Positions 50,557 to 63,199 of a DNA stretch of 64,000 nt are shown piece by piece; position 1 is the first letter of the stretch, and each line of letters begins with the position of its first letter. Made by a program: the position numbers and the translations under genes. Origin of the DNA: Chiloscyllium plagiosum (taxonomy: Eukaryota); the NCBI RefSeq assembly GCF_004010195.1, contig NC_057718.1, positions 76,892,079 to 76,956,078 on the forward strand. The letters run 5' to 3'. The notes under the pieces were generated by a model that worked only from the letters and a program-made list of their open reading frames with translations, was not told the DNA's origin and did not search any database.

Positions 50557-51610
50557 AGGACTGAGCTAGCTTTCCCAAGGGTGGGAGGATAGGAACACTC
50601 TCTCCAAAAACAGTAGGCATGCATGGTACTGGCCAAGGAAGTGAGCAGCAAAAATGTGAACCCTCCAACCTTGAAATAGTGCACCAAGAGAATCTAGATC
50701 CTCTGACAGGCTGAAAAGATGAGAGACAACACATCCCTGCACATTCATACTCTGCAAGCTCCAATATTCTTCTGTTCACAACAGCACTATTTGCAGCTAC
50801 ACTCCTTCCTCTCTCTCTCTCTAGTCACCTCACACACCCTCCTGGAAAGCATATACTTATGTTCACTCTCATCTTAATGTCCTTTTGCATCGATAAAACA
50901 GTCACCCTCCACAAAGTTGTCCTTCTCTCCTATCCACACAAATTATCGCTAACAATCATAATATTCAATCTTTTTCTTCTTGAAGAAGAGTACAGTACCA
51001 TGAAGAGAGGCTATCACCCAAAAATGGCCTTCCAATAAAGCTCACAATGTGTGCCCATCTGACTAAATGGGATGTAAGGATTGAAGGTCTTAGATCCTTT
51101 ATGGCAGGAACAGATTTGGCAGCAAAACATTGTATCAAATGCACTTTAGACAAGGTCAGGACAACTTTATGAGACTTCTAAGATAATGCCACTAAACTAG
51201 AGTGGTGATTTTCAGTTTAATCCAGATTATACGACTCCGTCAAGATTTGATTGGCAGAATGTATGGTTTTTTTTCTGTTTCTTTTGCCTTCTTATTTTCA
51301 AACCTCTCTCTCTCTCTGATCTCTTTATTGTGTTTGGTCTTGTCTCTGGTTGGTCACGCTCTCTACACCCCACAAAGAGCAAAGTGCAGACATTTTTTAT
51401 ATCTTAGCTATTATCCAAATAATCCTTCCCTTACCTCAATTTTCCTTCAGGCCTTTGAAAAATGATTTCAAGGTTTGCTAAATCCAGCAGGAATAGTTAA
51501 TGTGGCCATTGGTCATTTTATGTGTTTACGTTTCTTCATCGGCATGTCTTTATCTCAATGCTTTTGCCTCTGTGGTTTCTTATCTCATATAGATAGAGAT
51601 ATTTACATTC

Positions 51611-52575
51611 ACAGAGTCACCAACAGCACAGAAACAGACCCATCCATGCTAACCATAATCCCAAACTAAACTAGTCCCACCTGCCTGTACCTAGTCCATA
51701 TCTCGCCGAATCTTTCTTATTCATTTACTTATCCAAATATCTTTTAAATGTTTTACAGTATCTGCATCTATCACTTTCCCTGGAAGCTCATTCCACACAT
51801 GAACCGCTCTTCGTATAAAAAAACCCCTCATATCTTTTTAAATCTTCTTCCTTTCAGCTTAAAGATATGCCCCCTATTTTTGAAATCCTCCACCCCAGGG
51901 AAAAGACATCTGCCATATCTATACCCTTCATGATTTTATAAACCTCTATAATGTCACAGCTCAACCTCCTACACTCCAGTGAGAAAAGTCCCAGCTTATC
52001 CAGCCTCTCCTTATAACTCAAACATCCCCTTCCTGGCAACGTCCTGGTAAATCCCTTCTGAAACTTCTCATGCTTATTAACATCCTTCCGATAACAGGGC
52101 AACCAGAACTAGACTCGGTATTCCAGAAAAGGCCTCACTAATGTCTTGTACAACCTCAACATAATGTCCCAACTCTAATACTCAAAGATTTGAGCAATTA
52201 AGGCAATTGTGCAAAATGCCTTCTTAACAAATCTATCTTTATATGACAAAAACTTCAAAGAATTACATATTTGAACCCCTAGGTCTCTCTGTGCTACATC
52301 ACTATTCATGGCCCAATTTTAATTATGTAAGTCCTGCCCTTGTGTAAGCCCTGCAGTACTTTGCATTTATGCAAATTAAATCCATCTGCCACTCTTCCCA
52401 TTGAACATATAAGATCTCTCTGTAATCTTAGATAACCTTCTTCACTGCCCATTATACCATCAATTTTGGTGTCATCCTCAAATGTACTAACTAAGCCTTC
52501 TGTGTTCGAATTTAAATCATTTATATAAATGACAAACAAAAGTGGACCCAGCACCAATCACTGTGGAACACCATT
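51611..52575 (-). mobile_element. CR1 LINE 3' fragment
   Basis: ORFs 52306-52557 (VLGPLLFVIYINDL..FEDDTKI) and 51854-52102 (LGLFSLECRRL). Confidence 0.9.
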
Positions 52576-53449
52576 CAAGTGTTCGTAAACTGCAAGGTTA
52601 GATGTTAACTTCTTATTATAAAGCTAGATTTTAAAATAGGTATTTAGGTTAATGATCTAATAATCTTACATCCTCTTTTGGAGACTTCAGCAATGGCCTT
52701 CCATGAAAACTTAACACCCCGAAGCTCTGGTGATCACACATAGTAATTCTCTGCTTGGAGAACCAATGTTAGCCAATGGCTACACAGAGGTTCATTGCTC
52801 ACTTTCAAAGGTGCCCTGGTGGAACCTGGGAGATGGTGGGAAGCAGGAAACCCCAGGGCAGTAAGCTTAGCATTGCCTCTTTTGGGATGGATTTTGTGTC
52901 CTTTCCCTTTGAAATATGGAGTGGCATGTGGATGAGGAGAAACCAACTGGTGCTGCTGGTGTTTCTTCAGATACTACTGTTGGTGTCAGTTTTGGTGTTG
53001 CTGCTTGTCTCGCTGTTCTTTGGGGTGAAAAGAGGAGCTGAATAAGCTACATTCATGCTGTGGTGCTGGATATAGCAGCAAGGAGGCACAGCTCTTGATG
53101 GGTGAAGTACGATTTGACAATCACCTGGAAGCAGTGTGATCATTCTGAGGATGTTGACAGCAGAAACCTGGGCATAGCTGCAGATTAACTGATCAAAGGC
53201 TTCTAAGCGTGCTATTGCTTCACTGAGAAAGCACTCCCCACAGTGCATGTGCTTTAGTAACCCTCAGAAAGTAGGTTTTCTGCTTGTTAAATCCAGAATC
53301 CATCATTAAAACATCGTCCATTAGGATGCCTTAGCAATTGGCTACACAAAGGTTTATTGCTTACCTTCAAAGCTGCCCCCAGTGAAATCTGGAAGCTGAT
53401 GGAAAGCAGAAAACCACCGGGCAGTAAGCTTAACATTGATCTAATGGGT

Positions 53450-54890
53450 ACAAGTTAGAAGCTATTTTTAAAGACATTAGAGCAGGGCAGGTGGAACGAT
53501 TAGGGTAATAAGGCAAAAGAAACAGTGATTTGTGAAAGGGAAATCATGTTCACCAATTTATTGGAGTAACTTGCACTGAATAAAGGGAAACTGGTGGTTT
53601 TAATGTACTTAGATTTCCAGAGACCATTTGATTGGTGCTACATAAATGATTATTGTAAAAATAAAAACTGATGATGTAGGGGTAATGTATTGACATTGTT
53701 AGAAGATTGGCTGGCTAGCAGGAAACTGAAAGTAGGCATAAGTGGATCTTTTTGTAGTTGGCAACGTGAGACAAATGTTCTTTATATTTATCTGTGGGAT
53801 GTGGACATTGCTGGCGGGCAGCATCTATTGCTAGTCCCTTGTTACCCTTGAAAGGTGGTGGTGAGCTGCCTTTTTGAACTGGCGTAGTCCATTTGCTGTG
53901 AGTTGATCCATGATATCCTTACAAAGGGAATTCTAGGATTTTGACTCAGTCACCGTGAAAGAACATATGAAATGATATATTTCCAAGTCAGAATGGTGAT
54001 GCACAGGGATTGGAGTATCCTCGAGCATGAATTGCAAAGTTAGGCATGCAGGTCCAGCAGATATTGAGAAAAGCTAATAGAATCTTATTGCTTAGATTGA
54101 GGATGAATGAATACAAAGATGGAAGGTTATGATTCAGTTATATACAGAAAAACAAAGATCAAAGAAAATGTACAGCCAGGAACAGGCCCTTCGGCCCTCT
54201 AAGTCTGAGCCGATACAAATCCACTGTCTAAACCTGTCATCCAATTCCTAAGCATCTACATTCCTCTGCTTTCCACCCACTCATGCATCTGTCCAGACAC
54301 ACCTTAAATGAATTTACCATGCCTGCCTCTACTACCTCTGCTGGCAATATATTCCAGCTGTATTCCTGATGAAGGGCTTTTGCCTGAAAGGTCGATTTTA
54401 CTGCTCCTCGGATGCTGCCTGAACTGCTGTGCTTTTCCAGCACCACTCTAATCTAGATTCTGGTTTCCAGCATCTGCAGTCATTGTTTTTACCTAATGTG
54501 TTCCAGGCACCTACCACCCTCTGTGTAAAGTACTTTCCATGTATACCCCCCTTAAACTTTTCACCTCTCACCTTGAATGCGTGACCTCTCGTTATTGAAT
54601 CCCTCACCCTGGTAAAAAGCTTATCTCTATCCACTCTGTCTATATCCTTCATGATATTGTAGACCTCAATCAGGTCCCCCTCAATCTCTTTTTTTTTCTA
54701 ATGAAAACAATCCTAACCTACTCAACCTCTCTTCATAGCTAGCACCTTCCATACAAGGCACCCTCTGCAAAGCGTCCACATCCTTTTGCATCACATCAAT
54801 AGCATTGGTCAAACCATGTCTGGAGTACTGTTTGCAATATTAGCTTGATTTTAAGGAAGAATTTAAATGTTTTGTAAGTAGTTCAGAGAT
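53450..54890. mobile_element. Nested LINE cluster: old CR1 (+) interrupted by a LINE tail (-, 53780-54000) and a CR1 3' end (-, 54146-54790)
   Basis: KGKSCSPIYW and YLDFQ..FD motifs (+). ORF 54398-54652 (-) has TRGHAFKVRG..YFTQRVVGAWN. Confidence 0.75.
54358..54494 (+). mobile_element. PLE family-A pseudo-LTR starting at the hammerhead motif (54362-54397)
   Basis: AUUC-CUGAUGA-A-GGGC UUUU GCCU-GAAA-GG-UC-GAUU. Decayed TSD AATATATTCCAG / AATGTGTTCCAG (54346-54357 / 54495-54506). Confidence 0.85.
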
Positions 54891-57800
54891 GCAAAGGAAT
54901 TGCCCATTGGGATTTTCAATTTCCCAGACAATTCCTTTGAAGACAACTGTGTTGGGATTTGCACAAAGTTCTAATGTACAACTTTAATCCACACTGCAGG
55001 AATGATAATATGGCCATTCGAATATCTGGGCTATTTTGAATAGACTGTAAATAAAAATAAGATCTTAGAAGAAGTACTATCATCTTCAATTCAAAATGCC
55101 AAAAAAAGCCATTTTATTGCAAATATATATGAGTAATTTCAGACCTAGATTAGGAATGCAACAAGTCATATTATCAAAGAACAATTGCATGCAAGGTAAG
55201 AAGCAAGGTTAGGACAACATACTGTATTCAAATGCTTCAAGATCACCTTTGTTCAAGATCCCTTTTGTATCATGATTAACTTCACAACCAAACAGTTTAG
55301 CATTAGGACAGATGTGCTATCTCAAATGGTTGTAGGGCTTCATTGCTATTTTGTTTACTGTTGTCATTTTTAAATAGCAACCTTTTATCAGTTAACTAAT
55401 ATTAGCTTTATTTCACTTTATATATTTCTCTTTATTTCCTTCCGGTTTCTTCACTAAATATAAGGCATTTTTTGGTGAGATAGTTTCTGAATGACGTTGC
55501 TAAATGTTCCTGTCCATGGACTCTCTTATCCTTGGAAACAATTGTCCAGCTTTGAAGTCATGCATCATGCATCTTATACGCCTTTTAGCATAGAAACAGG
55601 ATGCAGCCATTTAACTTCTGTGCGAGTTCATTGAAGTCAACCCTGATCTGTGACCTAACTCCAGATGAGATCTTTGCCCAATATGTCTTAATATTTTCAG
55701 TTAACAAAACAATATAAATTTCAGATTTAAAATTAACAATGGATCCAGCATAAATTGCTGTTTGTGCAACAGTGATACAAAGTTCTTCCATTCTAGTTTG
55801 CAGAAATATTTTCCAAATCTATTCCTAAAATGCTTGGCTCTGTTATTACACCATTTTCTTGGTCCTAAACTCCCCAACCAACAGAGATAATACCTCACCA
55901 CCTATTGCTATTGTTTTCATTTAATAAATTGAAAAGTGCAATGAAATTACCACTTGACCATCCAAAATCCAGACAGTACAATCCTAGTTTGTGTAATCAA
56001 TCCATGTAATTTAATCCTTGAAGCTGTGGAATAATTCGGGTCAACCTATGCTGCAGTCCCTCCACGGCTAATATACTCTTTCCTAGGTGTGCTGCCTTGA
56101 AACACAGTACTTCAGGAATGGTTTAACTTGTTTTAAGGCAATGAATATGAAAGGGTTAATCTGAGCTAAGCTTAGGCTCTGCCCATTATGACATATGACA
56201 AGCCATTGGATGCAGCATCATTCAGTTAGCAATTGGATAGTAGCACAGTTACCTGATGGAGGCACACATGCCATCTCTACATCTTGTTTGTAATACACCT
56301 GTGAGTTTTGTAACTACACATTATTACTGATATGGAATAAACTGCATTTACTTTTTTGCTGTTCTTCTGCTGAGACTTATTCATGGTCCATGCTTTGCCA
56401 CAGCCAACCCTTATATCTGTATAGAAAGGAAAATCGGTGAAAGGACTTTAGCAAAGCACAAGTCATCAATGGTTGGCATTCAGGCAACACATCCTATTAT
56501 AACATGGCAACAAAGTGGGCCTCTGATCACTGTTATAACACAACCAGGGCTTTATATAGCTGCAGAACAACGTCTCCCAAATCGTATTCTCAATAGTCTT
56601 CTCAATGTAATGGTAGTATTCCATTACCCATTTAAATTATTGTCTGTATTTATGCATGGGCATTTTCAAGATGGTAACCTGGAACTAGCAGAGAACCACA
56701 GGGATCTGTGCTAAGGCCACAATTATATGACAATATATATTAATTACTTGGATGAAGAAAGTGATTGTACTATAGCCAACATTGTGGAGCTGATTTCACA
56801 CACTAAAGACCTGAAACCACCGCCATGCATCCAGACCCAGATAGTGTACCTTTAATTTTCCCTTTTTACTAATCTTGCAATCTTTAGCTTTAACTGTTAG
56901 TGTACTCTTAAGATTTTAAGTTTTTATGCTGTGTCCCTCCTCCTTTCCTCAGATTGTCAACTCTCTTTTGATAGCTTATTCTCTCACCTTGTCATCTCTC
57001 TTTGATTTATCATATTTTCACTTACTTGATCTCTAACCCCATTAGTTAAGTTAAAACACACGCTACTACCGAAATGAAATTACTCACCAGACACTGTTCC
57101 CAATGTAATTCAGGTGAATGGCTTTTCAATAGTACAGCTCTCATGTTCTCCGTTACTGGTATCAGTGCTCCTTGAATTGAAACCCACTTCTCTGGCACCA
57201 TTTTAAAACTATGCCTTTAATTCTCTAATCTTATTTACTCCAACTTTCTTTTGACTAAGGTAAGAGATTATTACCTTTGAAATTTTTATTTCTAATTTAG
57301 TCCCTAGATGCTCATATTCACTAAGCCAAACTATTTTCCTAGTTCCACGTATTTTGTTGGTTCCTACTTCGACCCTAACAACTGTTTCTTACCCCTTCAA
57401 CTACAATTTCTTCTCCAGCTGAGATTGGTGGTTTGAATGCTGACACCAGGCAGGTAATACAGTCTTTTGAGTCATAAGGATCTACAGCACAGAAAAAGAT
57501 CATTTGGCCCAACTCTGGATTCTCAATATCAGTTGCAGAGAATTGTCTATCCTCCTCACTATACTGTTTCTTAATACATTCCTGTTCTAATGCTTTCTGT
57601 ACCATAGTGCCATTACCAATTCATGATCTCTGTATAGTCCTGTTTTTATCGATACAGATTGCAAAAGCCTAAGAGTTACCGGACAATCATAAAGGCTGAG
57701 GCTCCTCCACTTCTATCTTTCCGATTCCTATATCTGTCTCATTCGTAGACAAACCATCCAGTCCCTGACCGTGAACAAAATCAGATATCCCAAAACTAAG

Positions 57801-57946
57801 AGGTGTGACCACCTCCTGGCACAATGATTCCAGGTGGTAAAAACAATGACTGCAGAGGCTGGAAGCCAGATTCTGGATCAGTGGTGCTGGAAGAGCACAG
57901 CAGTTCAGGCAGCATCCGAGGACAGGCAAAATCTGAGGACAGGCAA

Positions 57947-57982
57947 AATCGACGTTTCGGGCAAAAGCCCTTCATCAGGAAT
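57947..57982 (-). ncRNA. Minimal type I hammerhead ribozyme motif (PLE family A)
   Basis: Minus strand reads AUUC-CUGAUGA-A-GGGC UUUU GCCC-GAAA-CG-UC-GAUU. Confidence 0.75.
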
Positions 57983-58020
57983 AAAGGCAGAGAGCCTGAA
58001 GCGTGGAGAGATAAGCTAGA

Positions 58021-58529
58021 NNNNNNNNNNNNNNNNNNNNNNNNNNNNNNNNNNNNNNNNNNNNNNNNNNNNNNNNNNNNNNNNNNNNNNNNNNNNNNNN
58101 NNNNNNNNNNNNNNNNNNNNNNNNNNNNNNNNNNNNNNNNNNNNNNNNNNNNNNNNNNNNNNNNNNNNNNNNNNNNNNNNNNNNNNNNNNNNNNNNNNNN
58201 NNNNNNNNNNNNNNNNNNNNNNNNNNNNNNNNNNNNNNNNNNNNNNNNNNNNNNNNNNNNNNNNNNNNNNNNNNNNNNNNNNNNNNNNNNNNNNNNNNNN
58301 NNNNNNNNNNNNNNNNNNNNNNNNNNNNNNNNNNNNNNNNNNNNNNNNNNNNNNNNNNNNNNNNNNNNNNNNNNNNNNNNNNNNNNNNNNNNNNNNNNNN
58401 NNNNNNNNNNNNNNNNNNNNNNNNNNNNNNNNNNNNNNNNNNNNNNNNNNNNNNNNNNNNNNNNNNNNNNNNNNNNNNNNNNNNNNNNNNNNNNNNNNNN
58501 NNNNNNNNNNNNNNNNNNNNNNNNNNNNN
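58021..58529. other. Assembly gap (509 N)
   Basis: Run of n characters. Confidence 1.
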
Positions 58530-58882
58530 GGGAGATATATCCCTGGTGGTGGGGTCTGTTTGGAGGTGGCGGAAATGTCGGCGGATGATTTGGTTTATGG
58601 GAAGGTTGGTAGGGTGGAAGGTGAGCACCAGGGGCGTTCTGTCCTTGTTGCGGTTGGAGGGGTTGGGTCTGAGGGCGGAGATGTGGGATGTGGACGACGC
58701 TGGCTTGATGGTGAGGTTGGGATTGGAGCAGAGGGATTGGAGGGCTGCGCGTTGTGAGGGTGAGAGGTTGGAGTGGGGGACCTTCATCTCCTCCCCCACT
58801 GACCTATTGTACTCTATGCTACTCTCTCCCCACCCCCACCCTCCTCTAGCTTATCTCTCCACGCTTCAGGCTCTCTGCCTTT

Positions 58883-58918
58883 ATTCCTGATGAAGGGCTT
58901 TTGCCCGAAACGTCGATT
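58883..58918 (+). ncRNA. Minimal type I hammerhead ribozyme motif (PLE family A)
   Basis: AUUC-CUGAUGA-A-GGGC UUUU GCCC-GAAA-CG-UC-GAUU. Core is intact but helix I is weak (U.U mismatch). Confidence 0.75.
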
Positions 58919-59429
58919 TTGCCTGTCCTCGGATTTTGCCTGTCCTCGGATTTTGCCTGTCCTTGGATGCTGCCTGAACTGCTGTGCTCTTCCAGCACCA
59001 CTTATCCAGACAATGATTCCAGGTAGCTATTCACCACCAAGATGCCTTGCATTGTCTGAAGTTCAGTGACACTGAGTCAAAGATCCTCCAGCCACAGACA
59101 TTTATAGTAAATTAGTTTTCCTTGGGTCATGTAGCTGTCCATGAGTATGCACATATTGCAGATGCCATACATTTTCTGCTCTGCCATCTTTGAGGTGTTT
59201 CATGAATTAACTACTTTACTGATGAAATTTTAATTATGTCTCTGGTCCTGTGTGTGCTTAGATTCTTATTGTTTTAATGAAGTTTTAAATCTTGAAATTC
59301 CAACATTAAGGTAAAAAAGGAAATGCTCTAATAGATCCTCCAATCTGATAGCTTTTATGACCATTAGTAAACTTCAATACTGCTAATAAACTTTACAACT
59401 AAATGTACCTGATGCACTAGCGAATCAAC

Positions 59430-60286
59430 CCTCCTATCGGAAGGATATTGTGAAACTTGAAAGGACTCAGGAAAGATTTACAAGGATGTTGCCAGGGCTG
59501 GAGGATTTGAGCATAAGGAGCGGCTGAATAGGCAGGGGCTGTTTTTCCTGGAGCATTGGAGGCTGAGGGGTGACCTTATAGAGGTTTATAAACTATGAGG
59601 GGCATGGGATAGGATAAATAGACAAAGTCTTTTTCCTGGGGTCGGGGAGTCCAGAACTAGAGGGCATAGGTTTAGAGTGAGAGGGGAAAGATATAAAAGA
59701 GACCTAAGGGGCAACTTGTTCACGCAGAGGATAGTACGTGTATGGAATGAGCTGCCAGAGGATGTGGTGGAGGCTGGTATAATTGCAACATTTAAGAGGC
59801 ATTTGGATGGGTATATGAATGGGAAGGGTTTGGAGGGATATGGGCTGGGTGCTGGCAGGTGGGACTAGATTGGGTTGAGATATCTGGTTGGCATGGACAG
59901 GTTGGACTGAAGGGTCTGTTTCCATGCTGTACATCTCTATGACTCCATGACAGATAAATGGACAAGGTCTTTTCCCTGGGGTGGGGGAATCCAGAACAAG
60001 AGGGCATAGGTTTAGGGTGAGAGGGGTTAGATATAAAAGGGACCTAAGGGGCAACTTTTTCACGCAGAGACTGGTGTGCGTATGGAACGAGCTGCCAGAG
60101 GAAGTGGTGGAGGCTATCACAATTACAACATTTAAAAGGCATCTGGATAGATATATGAATAGGAAGGGTTTAGAGTGATATGGGCCTAGTACTGGCAAAT
60201 GGGACTAGATTAGGTTAGGATATCTGGTCGGCATGGACAAGTTGGACCAAAGAGTCTATTTCTGTGCTGTACATCTCTATGACTCT
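59430..60286 (+). mobile_element. CR1 3' end followed by a second, shorter CR1 3' end in tandem
   Basis: About 59612-59950 is repeated, diverged, at about 59953-60286. Both end in CTCTATGACTC. Confidence 0.92.
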
Positions 60287-60639
60287 CAAACAAAACAGTC
60301 ATTTTCTTCTTTTCTTAAGACAAATCTGCCTGGTTTAAAACTTTTTGAAAAGCTCAGCAGATCACTATCAATTATCATTAGCTGGCACATTCTCCATATC
60401 AATATCTCTACAAATCAGAGTCCAGCTGCAAACCAATCAGTACTCCCTTCTCATATAGTATCTGTGTTGTTTTCCCTTTTCTTTGGTATTTTTTGCAAAT
60501 TGCCCTGATGAATGCTAAATGAAAATGTTTGACAATGTGTATTATTTCAACTATGTCTATCCTTTAACAAAAGATTTACATTTAACAATACGTACCCATG
60601 AAGTGAGAGTTATTGCCTTCTACATCAAGGGTGAGGCCT

Positions 60640-61560
60640 CAAAGAACCCCAACAAAACTGAAGTGAATGAAATTTAGGGAATTGCTCTCCACTGACTGGA
60701 TTCAGACCTAGCATAAGGTAAAGATAGTTATGGATTTTTAGGTCAATTATCTCAGTGCTAGAATATCAGGGGTTTCTCAGGGCAGTGCCCAAGGCTCAAT
60801 TATATTTTGTTGCTTTATCAATGAGATTCTTTGCATTATAAGTTCAGAAGTGGTGACATTTACTGACAATTTCACGATGTTCGGTTCCATCTTCACAAAA
60901 TAGAATCTAATCATTTTATCTTGATGTTCAATGGCATACCACCGCTGAATCCCCACCATCAACATGATTATCATTGAGAAGAATCTGAACTGAGCCAGCC
61001 ATAGAAACGTTGTGGCTATAGGAGCTGCTCAGGGACTGGGAATCCTGTAACTCACCTATCGATTCCCCAAAGCCTATACACCTCTACAATTTGTGATTGT
61101 GATTAATACCCTCCATTTTCCAGGATGTGTGTGGCTCCAACAACACAATCAATCTCGACACAATCCAGGACAAAACAGCCCCTTGACCAACACTCATCCA
61201 CCATCTTAAATGTTCTCAGTCTTCACCACAGTGCACTGTGGGAGCAATATGTACCACGTGCAAGATAACTGGGACAAACCAGGACCCTTCCAAATGCACA
61301 AGCTATAACCCCAAATAGCAAAAGCAGCGGCCTTTCAGGGACATAGATTCCCCTCCACGCCACACTCTATCCAAACTTGGATATGTGTTGTTGTTTCTTC
61401 ACAGTTGTTGGTCAAACTTCTGGGAGCTCTTTTCCTAGTGATATTGTGGGTGTGCCTACACCAGAAGGACCGCAGTGATTTAAGAAGGCATGACATTATC
61501 TTACTCTCAAAGGAAGCTTGGAAAGGGGGATAATGCTGACCTTGACAACAATGTTTACAT
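60640..61560 (+). mobile_element. Old LINE (CR1/L2-class) remnant
   Basis: GVSQGS..GS..F..FINE and FTD RT-like remnants, plus the same 3' tail as the 8672 and 53780 copies. Confidence 0.55.
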
Positions 61561-63199
61561 TGTACGAATAAATTTAGAAACATGTTTAATGTATGTCAGT
61601 TGATTTCACTTCGGCTTTTGACTAGTTTACTGAAGATAGAAGAAGAGGGGCAAGTCTTGTAACACTGTTAAATGTAACATCATCAATAACCTTAAGCTAT
61701 CATAAAAGCATAAGGATTGAATCATGATTTATTATAAATATGGAAAATACAAAGACTGCATTGAAGAAGCAATTATGAGGGAAGATGGGGCCCCCATCAG
61801 TTTAGTATCTTGTCTGACAGTGTTGCACTGGGGTTTTCAGTTAAATGAAGAGGCTGGATTGAGTTCAGCCAATTGTGGCAGAAAAGATGGCAGCAGGACC
61901 CACTTGGCCATGGGACAGGCCCTGCATGGCAAAAACATTTCCAAATTAAGTCAGAGGGAAGATGGAGCTGTCATGAGATTCTGATTAATGGCAAGGGGTT
62001 TAGATCATTCAGTTGGTTAATGGGTTCTTCTACATTGTGTCCCCCGTAGTCAAAATTCTGTTCCAATAAAGAGACCTGAACTAGACAGGGGGTGTCGGCT
62101 AAAAGCCACGCTTACATACCACCCTCCTTCCCCATGTCTTTGCAATTTTCATCCTTCCTGCCTTCACTCATCCTCAGGCTGGGTGCTTTGATGATCCTGG
62201 ACATCTGGTAATTTCACTGCTACCAGCTGCCAGCTGCCATCTAACGTTGTCCGCACACAGACTTGCCCACCTCTGACCCCCTGGCAGCTCTTGACACACA
62301 GGACTTCTTTAACTGAGAGTCTCAGTCACAAAGACGGCCTGACATAGGCCAACTAGGTGCCTGAAGGGTGCTTGATTCCATCTATGACCTCCCCTTGGAA
62401 CTGAAAAGGTCATGCTTCCAGTTCTTCAGATGATGGGCTCCTGTATACTTGATGAAATTCTCAGCCATGAACACAAATCATTGTGGTCGATTTCCTCTCG
62501 GGGTGGAAAAGTGTTGTTTCCAGGTCATGACCCCAACCCAGGATCAAAGCAGTCACAAGTCCTGATGCTCACAGAGATGCCCTGTAAATTGGCTGAATGG
62601 GAAGTTGAACAGCCACTAATGTGCTGCAGAAGCAGGAATGCAGATGGATCTGAGCAAATGCAGACTTAGTTTAAAATGATCAGAGCAGCCATTACTGTTG
62701 CTGCCACTTTACTCATTAAATTGCAATAATAGATATGGAACAGGTAAGGCAGAGGGCTGGGGAAGAGCTATCCCTTACAACATCATTGCATATCCAGAAG
62801 TCTTCTTTGAAGTACTGAGTAAGAGGAGGTGGGTCCTCATTCCAATGTCCGTCCTCCCAAACTAAGCCGGTGTAGGTTGGAGGTATAAGTAGCTGGGAAC
62901 ATGAGCAGACAGTGTATGATTGGGAGGAACTGAATGCAGAGTTGAAGAGGGTTAATTTACCTCTTCACCCTGACAAGGTGAGTGCATTGGCAGGCTTTCA
63001 TTGCAGGTCTCTGGGTATTCAATCTCCACAAACTCTCCAGCTGAGAAGCCTGAAGGTGTATCTGCTCCTGGACATGGATAATTGTGCCTTGGGTATTTCC
63101 TGAACCTTTAACAAGGCTTAAAGCGATTGTGCTGTTGAGGACTGCCAGCACTGATACCTCCAGATCCATGTCTCAATGGATCCATAGTCATAGAGACCT

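Larger units (their letters stand above)
57836..59009. mobile_element. PLE family-A element with inverted pseudo-LTRs and internally deleted ORF, spanning an assembly gap
   Basis: 15-bp TSD ACAATGATTCCAGGT (57821-57835 / 59010-59024). 57871-58020 is inverted relative to about 58845-59009. The minus-strand ORF remnant NLTIKPA is fused to the post-RT linker. Confidence 0.9.

Noticed and set aside
57824..58799. 254-aa and 274-aa ORFs
   Set aside because: Their length comes from reading through the N gap.
62400..62750. Harbinger Myb/SANT gene remnants (also about 19740-19830, 21880-22740, 31600-32800)
   Set aside because: Only a vague resemblance. I could not support TIRs or an unambiguous motif by eye.
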